Of a stretch of DNA of 64,000 nt, positions 1-8,305 are shown one piece after another (position 1 is the first letter of the stretch; every line of letters begins with the position of its first letter). The DNA is taken from assembly GCA_963755715.1 (NCBI GenBank), contig CAVWLW010000045.1, positions 1 to 64,000 of the forward strand. Reading direction: 5' to 3'. The position numbers and the translations under genes were made by a program. The DNA is from an uncultured delta proteobacterium (GTDB lineage Bacteria > Desulfobacterota > Binatia > UBA9968). A model generated the notes under the pieces. It saw only the letters and a program-made list of their open reading frames with translations. It had not been told where the DNA came from and did no database searches.

Positions 1-261
1 AAGATCGATCATTGACGTCCTCCTGACTTTCGGACCGTTTAACCAGTAATATACGGAACGGCTTTTGTGGATATTAATATCGCCAAAGGCCGCCGGCAAG
101 GTAAAGGCCACCGAGACACAGGCCGTCGAAATGCAATCCGATCGACTGTTATCCGTCATTCCCATTGTTGGCCGTCTGTAATGGACAATCTGGGCTGGTT
201 TTCTCGCTGGTCCCATCGTTCTCTTTCATTTCAGCAGGTGGGGTCGTTATCGGCGAATCTC

Positions 262-438
262 CAGCCGTTTGCGGACCTACCCGAAAAGCGGCGGACACTT
301 TATTCGCTGACGACGGAGGAGATGCAGCACTGTCAGTGGGTGAACCCGCAGCTCGTGGCGCAAATCGAGTTTCACCGAATGGACTCCCGACGGCCGCCTA
401 CGGCACGCCAGTTTTGCGGGGCTCCGCAGTCACGACTG
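262..438 (+). pseudogene. ligD: Remnant of ATP-dependent DNA ligase (LigD) C-terminal OB domain
   Basis: Reads PFADLPEKRRTLYSLTTEEMQHCQWVNPQLVAQIEF, then after a 1-nt shift near 372 TEWTPDGRLRHASFAGLR, the typical LigD C-terminus. No adenylation domain upstream. Confidence 0.75.
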
Positions 439-783
439 CGTCAGGCACGAGCCGTCAGCGCCGGTGATCATGGGGCGCGGGATGATTGCCTGTAATACTC
501 CAGCATTGCAGAAGTGGTGGGACGGTAAGAAACACCACCGCGTCACAGGTGAGCAATGAAAGTTTTAGGAACAGTAGTAGGGTCCCTTTCACCTGACTAC
601 GCAACGGGACTTCTGATATTCAATCAGCAGGACATCTCCGATTCGTTCGCCTGCAATACGAGATTCAGGCCTATAAACCAGCATAGCAGGGCGACAACTA
701 AATACTTGACTCGGGCTAGTGCGCGGCGCTATAGGTACGCTTCATTAAATTTCGTCTTGCTGTCCCGTTGAGTAGGAAAGCGT

Positions 784-1299
784 ATGGGTAAAGGCATCGT
801 TATTCTTGTTTTGTTTCTTTTTTCGCCATGTCTAGCAGTTGCGCAGCAAGCGATTTTTCTCGTGCGACATGGTGAAACGGTAGCACCGAAGGGCACCGAC
901 GCCCGTCCCCTATCGGAAGCTGGCCAGCAGCGAGCCGCGCTCCTAGCTAAGCTGCTAAAGGATGCCGGGATCAAAGCGATATTTACCAGCGGCCTTGAGC
1001 GTACGATCAAAACTGCCAAACCGTTGGCACAAACACTTCGCATTCAACCGAAAGCCCTCTCGCAACTCAATGTGCCCGGATTCAAGCAGAGCGACGTTGA
1101 TGCCTTCGTAGCCCTTCTTCGAGCCGAGCACCGTGAAGATATTGTATTGGTTGTCGGTCACACGGGCACGGTTTCGGCTTTGCTCAAAGCCATGGGACAT
1201 CCGGTGGAAATAAAAATTCCAGAAACAGAGTTCGACAACTTGTTTGTATTGATACCGAACGCCAACGGCCCCCCAGTAGTCATGCGTCTTCGGTACTAG
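784..1299 (+). CDS. Secreted histidine phosphatase (phosphoglycerate mutase/SixA superfamily)
   Basis: N-terminal signal peptide, RHGE catalytic motif, RTIKTA and VGH motifs; AGGAAAG RBS. Confidence 0.85.
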   Translation: MGKGIVILVLFLFSPCLAVAQQAIFLVRHGETVAPKGTDARPLSEAGQQRAALLAKLLKDAGIKAIFTSGLERTIKTAKPLAQTLRIQPKALSQLNVPGFKQSDVDAFVALLRAEHREDIVLVVGHTGTVSALLKAMGHPVEIKIPETEFDNLFVLIPNANGPPVVMRLRY

Positions 1300-1311
1300 C
1301 AAAGAATAATG

Positions 1312-1460
1312 TGTGCCTAGACTGTGCTTGTTTTGTGCCTGAACCTGGGCAGAACATACACCCTCAACTGTCGAAGAAACAGCAAGCGGGACTCGAAATC
1401 TTTGGGTTTTCTTGTTAATGTTCCGGTCCGCTCTGGATTTGACTCTTAATCAGCGGGTCC
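1312..1460 (+). mobile_element. att-like junction: 3 direct repeats (TGTGCYT, 11-bp period) followed by a tRNA-Lys(CTT) anticodon-arm fragment
   Basis: TGTGCCT at 1312, TGTGCTT at 1323, TGTGCCT at 1334. TGACTCTTAATCAGCGGGTCC (1440-1460) matches the tRNA-Lys(CTT) anticodon loop and 3' stem, and abuts the integrase remnant. Confidence 0.6.
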
Positions 1461-1477
1461 ATTGTCACGACAGAATG

Positions 1478-1670
1478 CTACTCGCCAGCTCCTGCACGTC
1501 GTTCCTTTTTATCTTCGATGAAATGTGCGTAGACCTTTAGCGTGATAACTGGGTCGCGATGACCCAAGATCTTGCTGACTTTGGTGATAGGCACGTTGCG
1601 CGAGATCAAGAGCGACGCAAAAGTATGCCGCAGTTTGTGAAGCGTTAACCGTTTGATTCCTGCGGCAAGA
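1478..1670 (-). pseudogene. Tyrosine recombinase/integrase C-terminal remnant
   Basis: LHKLRHTFAS (HxxR), LGH and TLKVYAH (catalytic Tyr) motifs. The N-terminal part is missing. Confidence 0.85.
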
Positions 1671-1894
1671 GCAACGGGCAAAGCGTCGGCAGTTTTTGCT
1701 GGGTTTGCCATTGTCTCGATTTGGATTGTGGTGCGGTGCGGCAAACTTTGCGTCAACGCCCAAATAAGTTAAAAAAGGATATCGATATCCACTTTCATCG
1801 AGACAGACCGAAGAAAAACCATTCCAATGATTTCCAAAGCATCATCAACGGTCTGAGCTTTCTTTTCGCGGCGCAGCGAAAATAAGACTACCCG

Positions 1895-2453
1895 CTACAA
1901 ATCCTTGGCCGCGTCCTTACCTTTCTGCTTGATGATCCGGACGAATTCATCCACATATTCATGCTTGCCTAAATACGCACTCCCGTTGGTGACGGTTCCA
2001 AAGTATTTTGAAACCCGAATGGACAACGTAGGGCCCTCTCCATGTTAGTACTGGGCTTACAAATTCCGCTCCAGCGCGATTTTGCAGTGTTTGTTCCGTT
2101 GTTGAGTGGGCCGGTCCATACCGTGTGATAAATGCGTCGCGCATTACCGGAAAATCGGCGCTTTTAAAGCTAATGTTAACAGAGGAAAACCGGTCATCCA
2201 GGAAGCCAAGATCGAGTTGCACCAAAGCGTCACCGATTCGCTGACCGCCGACGGAAACCAATTGGATCCGGTTGCTAAAATCGCGAGGCTTACCCACGTT
2301 GTGCGTCGGAAAAACCTTATGCATCTCATCGACGGACGCACCCCACTTTAGACCGCGGAAGTCTTCCGGTTCTTGCCAGGATTCCGCGCCGGACACAGTT
2401 GAAACGAACAAGAAAAACAGAACGATCCACAATTGCTCTCTGTATTTCTTCAT
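1895..2453 (-). CDS. Hypothetical secreted protein (frameshift near 2021)
   Basis: Signal peptide, FRGLKWG motif. Removing one base near 2021 gives a natural end ...IRVSKYFGTVTNGSAYLGKHEYVDEFVRIIKQKGKDAAKDL* at 1895. Start overlaps the upstream stop (ATGA). Confidence 0.65.
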
Positions 2454-3172
2454 AGAGAATCCTCACCGCGCAGAACTCTGCGGCCTTTGGGGGTGATTTT
2501 AACAGACATGTACGAACCCCATTCGTCGCTGCCCATACCATGCCCTTCTAAAACGCCCTGCTCTATCAGCGCTCTGAGCATAAGGTCCAGGCGTGGCAGA
2601 GGAATCTTGGTCAGTCGCAAAATCTCAGTTACCGGGTAGAGGTATTGGTCTTTGGGAGCCGACCGAATGACGTCGAACAGTTTTCGCATTTCGTCCGGTA
2701 AATTGATGTCAGTTAGCAGGACAGGTGCAGCGCTCAAAAACGCGATTGGTCTTAGGCATGTCCGTGCGATTCCACTCGCGTGGTTCGCATTGCCAGCAAT
2801 GGTGAGCAATCCCAACGCTTTCAATTCTTCAGCGGCTTCACGATATTCAAGAGAGGTTATCTTTAATTCGGCGATTGCTTCGTCGGCCCCGAGGTATCTG
2901 AAGATCTCCGTACTCTCAAGAGCGAGACAGCAACCTAGCAACCGGAGCGGATTTCCAGTCAACGTAATTGTCGGAATCCGCGCCTTCTCAAGTGCTGTGA
3001 CACGTCGCTCCAGCGAATCTTCCCGTGTGTCCGATTCGTGATCGCTAATAACCGCGCTACCGAATGCGACGATATACGCAATTAATGCGGGGACCCCGGC
3101 TGAAGGTTCGATAACCGCTACGGCGGTGGTCAGGGCCAAGCTTGCAAAACTCGTGATGTTGCTCGTCGCCAT
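2450..3172 (-). CDS. Hypothetical protein, possibly with winged-helix-like segments
   Basis: 240-aa ORF with a hydrophobic N-terminus. EAAEELKALGLL and LRALIEQGVL..VKITPKG segments look wHTH-like. Confidence 0.55.
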   Translation of the reverse strand: MATSNITSFASLALTTAVAVIEPSAGVPALIAYIVAFGSAVISDHESDTREDSLERRVTALEKARIPTITLTGNPLRLLGCCLALESTEIFRYLGADEAIAELKITSLEYREAAEELKALGLLTIAGNANHASGIARTCLRPIAFLSAAPVLLTDINLPDEMRKLFDVIRSAPKDQYLYPVTEILRLTKIPLPRLDLMLRALIEQGVLEGHGMGSDEWGSYMSVKITPKGRRVLRGEDSL

Positions 3173-3218
3173 CGGAAATTTTTTTTGTCGCTAACCGCTG
3201 AAAACCGCAGTTGTTCCT

Positions 3219-3381
3219 GGGAACACCTCGGGAACACTTTTGCCTGTCCAGCGTGTCCCGAACGTCCCGTTTGTCCTATCAAGAAATGGTGAGAAATAGT
3301 AGAAAAAACGAGAATGTCCGAAGAACTCTCGGTTTTCAGTGAGTTGTGAAAACCCCATGCGTCGGACTTTCACGCCGATAA
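3219..3381 (+). mobile_element. att-like junction: GGGAACAC x2 (11-bp period) followed by a short tRNA-Glu(TTC)-like fragment
   Basis: GGGAACAC at 3219 and 3230; periodic GTCC motifs at 3246-3277. CTTTCACGCCGATAA (3367-3381) resembles the tRNA-Glu anticodon loop and 3' stem. Confidence 0.4.
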
Positions 3382-3385
3382 AAAT

Positions 3386-3622
3386 CTAGCTGAAGAGCGG
3401 ATTCCAGTTCGGATCCTGCTTCACCGTACCTGATGGCGTGTCGGTTAGCGGCGCCGGCCGACCATGTTGCACCGCGGCCAGGACGGCGAAACTCATCGCC
3501 ACCGCGCCGTCAATCTTAGCTGACTGCTTCTCTTTGGCGAGCCGGATTCCCCGCGGCGTCTCCACGCTGACCGCATTCAAGCAATGCTCGCGCAGATCGG
3601 GCGCGTTGTAGAGCCGCAAATT
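3386..3622 (-). pseudogene. Phage terminase large subunit C-terminal remnant
   Basis: LREHCLNAVSVETPRGIRLAKEKQSAKIDGAVAMSFA matches the KIDxAVA end of TerL nuclease domains. Confidence 0.7.
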
Positions 3623-3624
3623 GC

Positions 3625-3825
3625 GATTGATAACTGGAATTCTGTCTCTGTGAGCATCTTCCCCAAAATGGTTCGCCGGTCGAGCGCACCGCCACGCTTA
3701 CGAATGAACCGAACCAACGAATAATAACCGTGCTTGAGCCCTTTCTGATTGCCTGCAGGCCCGCCATGGCCGCCGCGGTTGGTGAACTTGCTTTTAGGTT
3801 TTTCGCTGGCTTGTTCGTCGTTCAT
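3625..3825 (-). pseudogene. Phage terminase small subunit-like N-terminal remnant
   Basis: GGPAGNQKGLKHG motif (GNxNAxKHG type), directly upstream of the TerL remnant. Confidence 0.5.
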
Positions 3826-3923
3826 TGTGGTAGCAGTCTGGTAGCAGCGGTTTTCTAAGCGCTTGCTTCTATGAGTAAATTTTAGGGGCAACAAATTAGT
3901 TATCTGAGGGTAGAGCAGGGGAA

Positions 3924-4151
3924 TTGCTACCAACTTGCTACCGGACTGAGAGAAACCGGCAGGAAACAGATAAAACGCGAATGTGGGAGAAGGGGAGAAG
4001 TGGCTGAAATGACAGGACTAGCGAAAATCAGAGAGAAGCAAAGAAAACTTCGGATCTGAGGGTTGGGGGTTCGAATCCCTCCAGGCGCGCCAGGATATCA
4101 ATTACTTAGCTGTCAGCACCGTATGTTTCCAATGTGTCCAAAATGTGTCCA
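3924..4151 (+). mobile_element. Attachment site: 3' half of tRNA-Arg(TCG) (4047-4092) flanked by arm-type direct repeats and an IHF-consensus site
   Basis: ACTTCGGATCTGAGGGTTGGGGGTTCGAATCCCTCCAGGCGCGCCA has the anticodon loop, T arm, acceptor 3' strand and CCA but no 5' half. TTGCTACC at 3924/3935, AATGTGTCCA at 4131/4142, TATCAATTACTTA at 4096-4108. Confidence 0.85.
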
Positions 4152-4608
4152 TCGCGAAGGGTATCCCAGGATGTTGAAAGCCGTTGACGGTGACCAGATA
4201 GATCCCAAAGAAATAGACTATCCTATACGGGCGGCATTACGCGACGGGACGTGACCGGAGTAATCATCTCCACCCTGGCCAATTTGCCGGCCAATGATCG
4301 CCAATAGTTCGCCGAGACCGACGTCGGCAGCTGTACTAATTCAGCTACGTTTGGTGCAACGCTGGGAGACCACACCACCTGAGCGAAGGTTAAGGGCGTA
4401 CCGATCATGTCAACAGCTCCCTTGGAGCTGAATCAAATTTCCTATTGTTCCATCTTGACAATTCCTGTCGTGTTGACTAAAAGTCGCGACAGTTGTCCCA
4501 AGCTTTCTCATGCGTAGTTCCGCATCATGAGATGAGCTCCTGAATTCGAACGGCTCGTTTCACTTTCAGCTCACTCAACGGCAACTCGGTTTTGGATACC
4601 TAAATGAA

Positions 4609-4622
4609 TTGACTATGGTCAA
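4609..4622. promoter_or_regulatory. TTGAC-N4-GTCAA palindrome, FNR/CRP-family-like operator
   Basis: Perfect inverted repeat ATTGACTATGGTCAAT just upstream of a GGAGG RBS, about 200 bp before the ExeA-like gene. Confidence 0.35.
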
Positions 4623-4821
4623 TATGTGGAGGTGTGCTCATGAGCATCCATGTTATCCAATTCAGCGCATGCCGACTTAGGGCACTCGATTTTCAACAAG
4701 ACCAACCGCAACATCCAGCTTCGCTCAATGGGAGGCTGATGTTATCCAAAATTCGAAGGCAACACGGACACGGTTTCGAAAATTTGTCGCGACAATCCTT
4801 GTATTGTAACGGAGGGCAAGA

Positions 4822-5829
4822 ATGATCCAAGTTAACGGGCAAGAAGAAAAGACAATAATAGAGACTCACTTTGGCTTTCGAGAGACGCCATTTGGCGTTA
4901 CGCCGGATCCGCGGTTCTTTTATAACGACGCAGCCTACATGAAAAGTTTAGCGGCGCTGGCTTATGGGATCAAAGCAAAGAAAGGGCTGATGCTCGTAAC
5001 GGGAGAAGTCGGAACGGGCAAGACAATTCTCCTACGCAAGCTAATGCGCGATTTAGAGGCTACGGTTAAGTTTGTTTTCGTTTCATCAAGCGATCTTAGT
5101 TCTGATGGCCTTCTTCCTCTAGTGGCCCATGAGCTTGGCTTGGCAAAGAGAAAGAGCAGATTCGAAGTGATCCAAGAACTTAGAGGACACCTGTTAGAAC
5201 AAATCAGAAACGGGAACACCGTCGCCCTACTAATCGACGATGCACAAAATCTCAGCGAAAGAGCGTTCGAAAGCTTGTGCAGCCTTTCAAATCTAGAAAC
5301 GGACAATGAAAAACTGCTCCAGATTGTGTTGGTAGGGCAGCCGGAATTGATGACTATATTGAGTAAATTCTCGCTACGGCAAATCAAGCAAAGAATCGCT
5401 ATTCAGCACCGCCTGAGCGGGCTGCAGACGTTGAGTGAAGTCGAACATTATATTCGCCAGCGTCTGCAGGTAGCTGGTTACAATGGTCCAGAAATTTTCA
5501 CTCAAGAAGCGCTCGAAGCCATTTTTCGCTATTCGTCGGGGTCGCCCCGGCTAGTGAATATGATCTGTGACAATTCACTCGCGCTGGTTTGCGAGGCTGG
5601 AGATAGAAACGTCTCCGCCAACGTGGCTACAAAAGCAGCCAGTGGATTTCAGTTGGAGCGGGAAATCGAAACTCCAGAGCTCGTAGCTTCGGAACTGGCG
5701 GTGGTTCCAATGGCAAGGCTCGACCAGAAAGCTGAAGCAAACCAAACCCCGCTAGAAATGGACGATCGAGTTGAGCCAGCTGCCGTTTCTTTACAATCAT
5801 CTGACCCGGTAGTTATCCCCCACCGTTGA
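4822..5829 (+). CDS. ExeA/GspA-family AAA ATPase (probably the N-terminal part of a fused gene 4822-6760)
   Basis: HFGFRETPFGVTPDPRFFY N-terminus, Walker A GEVGTGKT, Walker B LLIDDAQ, LQIVLVGQPEL, LRQIKQRI, SGSPRLVNMICD. Confidence 0.9.
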   Translation: MIQVNGQEEKTIIETHFGFRETPFGVTPDPRFFYNDAAYMKSLAALAYGIKAKKGLMLVTGEVGTGKTILLRKLMRDLEATVKFVFVSSSDLSSDGLLPLVAHELGLAKRKSRFEVIQELRGHLLEQIRNGNTVALLIDDAQNLSERAFESLCSLSNLETDNEKLLQIVLVGQPELMTILSKFSLRQIKQRIAIQHRLSGLQTLSEVEHYIRQRLQVAGYNGPEIFTQEALEAIFRYSSGSPRLVNMICDNSLALVCEAGDRNVSANVATKAASGFQLEREIETPELVASELAVVPMARLDQKAEANQTPLEMDDRVEPAAVSLQSSDPVVIPHR

Positions 5830-5857
5830 AGCTAAAGCGCCGTCAGTTTCTCCGGCA

Positions 5858-6760
5858 GTGTCTGATAACGCCACAAATGGAGCGACCGAAACTGTCGCAG
5901 CCACGGGACCGTTTTCCTTCAATGATCAAATCGCTCCTTCTCACGAATCGCGGGATACGTGGCCTCGAAAAAAAAATCTTACAGAGTTGCTCGAATTAGT
6001 TAGGCAAGGAAATGAGGGTGGTTCCCAAAAACGAATTGGACTTCGGTGGAAGGTTGCCGGGCTCTTTTCAGGCGTAATGCTAATATTGTGTGCTCTTATG
6101 GTTGCCGCGGTATACCACCTCACCCAAAAGACGCTTCGAGAGCAATTCGAGAAGCGAGCCTTGACCATAGCCACGAACTTGAGCGAAGCCTCGGCTGGCC
6201 ACATTGTCGGGAGAAATCTTCTAGAGCTTAACACTCTGCTACAAAAGTATACGTTTCTCGATGGCCTGGCATACGCTTTTGTGCAGAATAGCGAAGGAGC
6301 GATCGTTGCCCACACTTTTGGAACATTTCCGCCAGAACTTCATCAAGGACTTCCTGTCGGCAGACAGCGCGTAGCAAACCAGCGCGAATTATCATTGCAG
6401 GAAAAGCCAATATACGAAACCAGTGTCCCCGTTCTCGATGGACAGGTCGGTACCGTGCATGTCGGATTTTGGGGAGATGCCATGGAACAAGAAATCCAAA
6501 GCGCTCTTCTCCCTCTTATGGGAATAATTGCGATAGTACCTATTCTGGGAGCGGTGCTCTCGTTTCTCATGGCCCATTGGATTGTTCGGCCGATCAGTCG
6601 ACTGACAGAAGTTGCGGAAAGGATCACGAAGGGTGATCTGCAAACATCTGGGGAATACCCAAAATCTCGCGACGAGATTGGCGACTTGGCCCGCTCTCTG
6701 GAACGGATGCGTGCCAGCCTTAGAGCCGCCATGGCGCGTCTAGGCCACGAATCAACCTGA
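5858..6760 (+). CDS. Membrane sensor protein: TM - periplasmic Cache-like domain - TM - HAMP, no output domain
   Basis: Two hydrophobic helices flank a roughly 130-aa domain. HAMP (IVRPISRLTEVAERITKGDL..RDEIGDLARSLERMR) is followed almost at once by the stop. The frame is open from 5813 and there is no RBS at 5858. Confidence 0.85.
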   Translation: MSDNATNGATETVAATGPFSFNDQIAPSHESRDTWPRKKNLTELLELVRQGNEGGSQKRIGLRWKVAGLFSGVMLILCALMVAAVYHLTQKTLREQFEKRALTIATNLSEASAGHIVGRNLLELNTLLQKYTFLDGLAYAFVQNSEGAIVAHTFGTFPPELHQGLPVGRQRVANQRELSLQEKPIYETSVPVLDGQVGTVHVGFWGDAMEQEIQSALLPLMGIIAIVPILGAVLSFLMAHWIVRPISRLTEVAERITKGDLQTSGEYPKSRDEIGDLARSLERMRASLRAAMARLGHEST

Positions 6761-6781
6761 AAACGATTTTGAGGAAAAACC

Positions 6782-8101
6782 ATGTACATCAAACAGAAAT
6801 CTATTGGGTTGGCGGTTCTGGTCTTTACACTCATGATTCTTTTCGTTGGTACCGCCAATGCAGCGGAGAAACTGTCAAATGCCCCATTGGAAAAGATCAC
6901 TATTGCCTACAGTTCTATTTCGGGGCACATGGCGCCGTTGTGGATCACCCAGGACCGTGGTTTTTTTCGTAAATATGGCCTGGATGTACAGCTCGTTTTT
7001 ATCGAGAGTGGAAGTACTGCGGTCAAAAGCCTGATATCCAAAGACGTGGGATTCGCTCAGATGGCGGGAGCCGGGGTGGTCCAAAGTCATCTACAGGGAA
7101 CAGATATCGTGATGATCGCGGGATTTCTCAATACCATGGATTATCAGCTGATGGTCGAGAAAAGCATCAGCCGACCCGATCATCTCCGGGGAAAGACATT
7201 AGCCGTCAGCCGATTAGGCTCTTCGTCGGATTTTGCTACCCGCTACGCTCTGAATAAATATGGACTCATTCCCGATCAGGATGTGACGATTCTAGAGATC
7301 GGAAGCCAGCCAGCCCGCTTCGCCGCTCTTGAGGCCGGCAAAATCCAAGGAGCGATGGTGGCGGTGCCGTTAACACTCAAGGCCAAGGCTCTCGGCTTTC
7401 ATGCCCTCGCCGATCTTCAAATGCTCGGACTCGAGTATCAGCACACCGGTTTAGCTACGACTCAAGCACTGATTAAGTCCCGGCCTGACCTGGTTCGCAA
7501 CGTCATGAAAGCTTATGTGGAAGGGATTCATTATTACAAGACCCAGCCTGCCGAGTCCTTAGCAATTCTTGGAAAGTATTTGAAAACGTCTGAAACTGAC
7601 GTTCTGATGGAAGTGTACAAGAATATAGGGCTAAAGCTCACTCCCGAGAAACCCTATCCTACGCTGCGCGGAATCGAAGTGATTCTGCGAGAGATAGCCG
7701 CAAGAAACCCCAAGACTAAGAGCGCCCGCCCCGAGGAATTTATGGACCTCACGTTCGTCAGAGAATTGGATACTTCGGGGTTTATTGATCGTCTGTATAA
7801 AACCCAACCGGTCGTGGCGAATCGCATAGACACTCGTTCTTCAGGTGATTCTGCCGTCGCAAAAGATAATACCGCGACGGTGAAGCGTCGTGTCTCGACC
7901 GCACCTGTCGCGCCTGTTCTACCGCAAAACTATACGGTGGAAGCCGGCGATACGCTCAGTCAGTTAGCGTTACGTTTTTATGGCTTCTCTGCTAAGTGGC
8001 CCAAGATTCACCAGGCTAATGCGGACACCTTAAAAAATCCCCATTATCTATATATCGGACAGCAACTTCTGATTCCGCCAGATGGCGGGTCGGGAGCATG
8101 A
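6782..8101 (+). CDS. NMT1/SsuA-type solute-binding protein fused to a C-terminal LysM domain
   Basis: Signal peptide, GFFRKYGLDVQL and LRGKTLAVSRLGSSSD motifs, then a linker and YTVEAGDTLSQLALRFYG...KIHQAN...NPHYLYIGQQLLIP (LysM). Confidence 0.9.
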   Translation: MYIKQKSIGLAVLVFTLMILFVGTANAAEKLSNAPLEKITIAYSSISGHMAPLWITQDRGFFRKYGLDVQLVFIESGSTAVKSLISKDVGFAQMAGAGVVQSHLQGTDIVMIAGFLNTMDYQLMVEKSISRPDHLRGKTLAVSRLGSSSDFATRYALNKYGLIPDQDVTILEIGSQPARFAALEAGKIQGAMVAVPLTLKAKALGFHALADLQMLGLEYQHTGLATTQALIKSRPDLVRNVMKAYVEGIHYYKTQPAESLAILGKYLKTSETDVLMEVYKNIGLKLTPEKPYPTLRGIEVILREIAARNPKTKSARPEEFMDLTFVRELDTSGFIDRLYKTQPVVANRIDTRSSGDSAVAKDNTATVKRRVSTAPVAPVLPQNYTVEAGDTLSQLALRFYGFSAKWPKIHQANADTLKNPHYLYIGQQLLIPPDGGSGA

Positions 8102-8305
8102 GAAAGTATCCGAGATTTGGAGCATCTACTTGGAGTAGCTGATTTGAAAAGAACCTGGAGATTTCGGCTTGTTAAGAGGACTTGCGATACAGGGTTTTAG
8201 TTATTGGAGAAGGTTAGTGATACTGACAAGGTGCTGATCCGTTTTCAAAGCATTTCGCCGGAACACAGGGTGATCTAGGAAAAACCGCCGAGGCGGAATG
8301 ATCGA

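Noticed and set aside
4047-4092. Functional tRNA-Arg gene
   Set aside because: The D arm and 5' acceptor strand are absent; treated as an att fragment.
4822-5829. Type II secretion locus
   Set aside because: No secretin, pseudopilin, GspE/F or ExeB gene is recognisable nearby.
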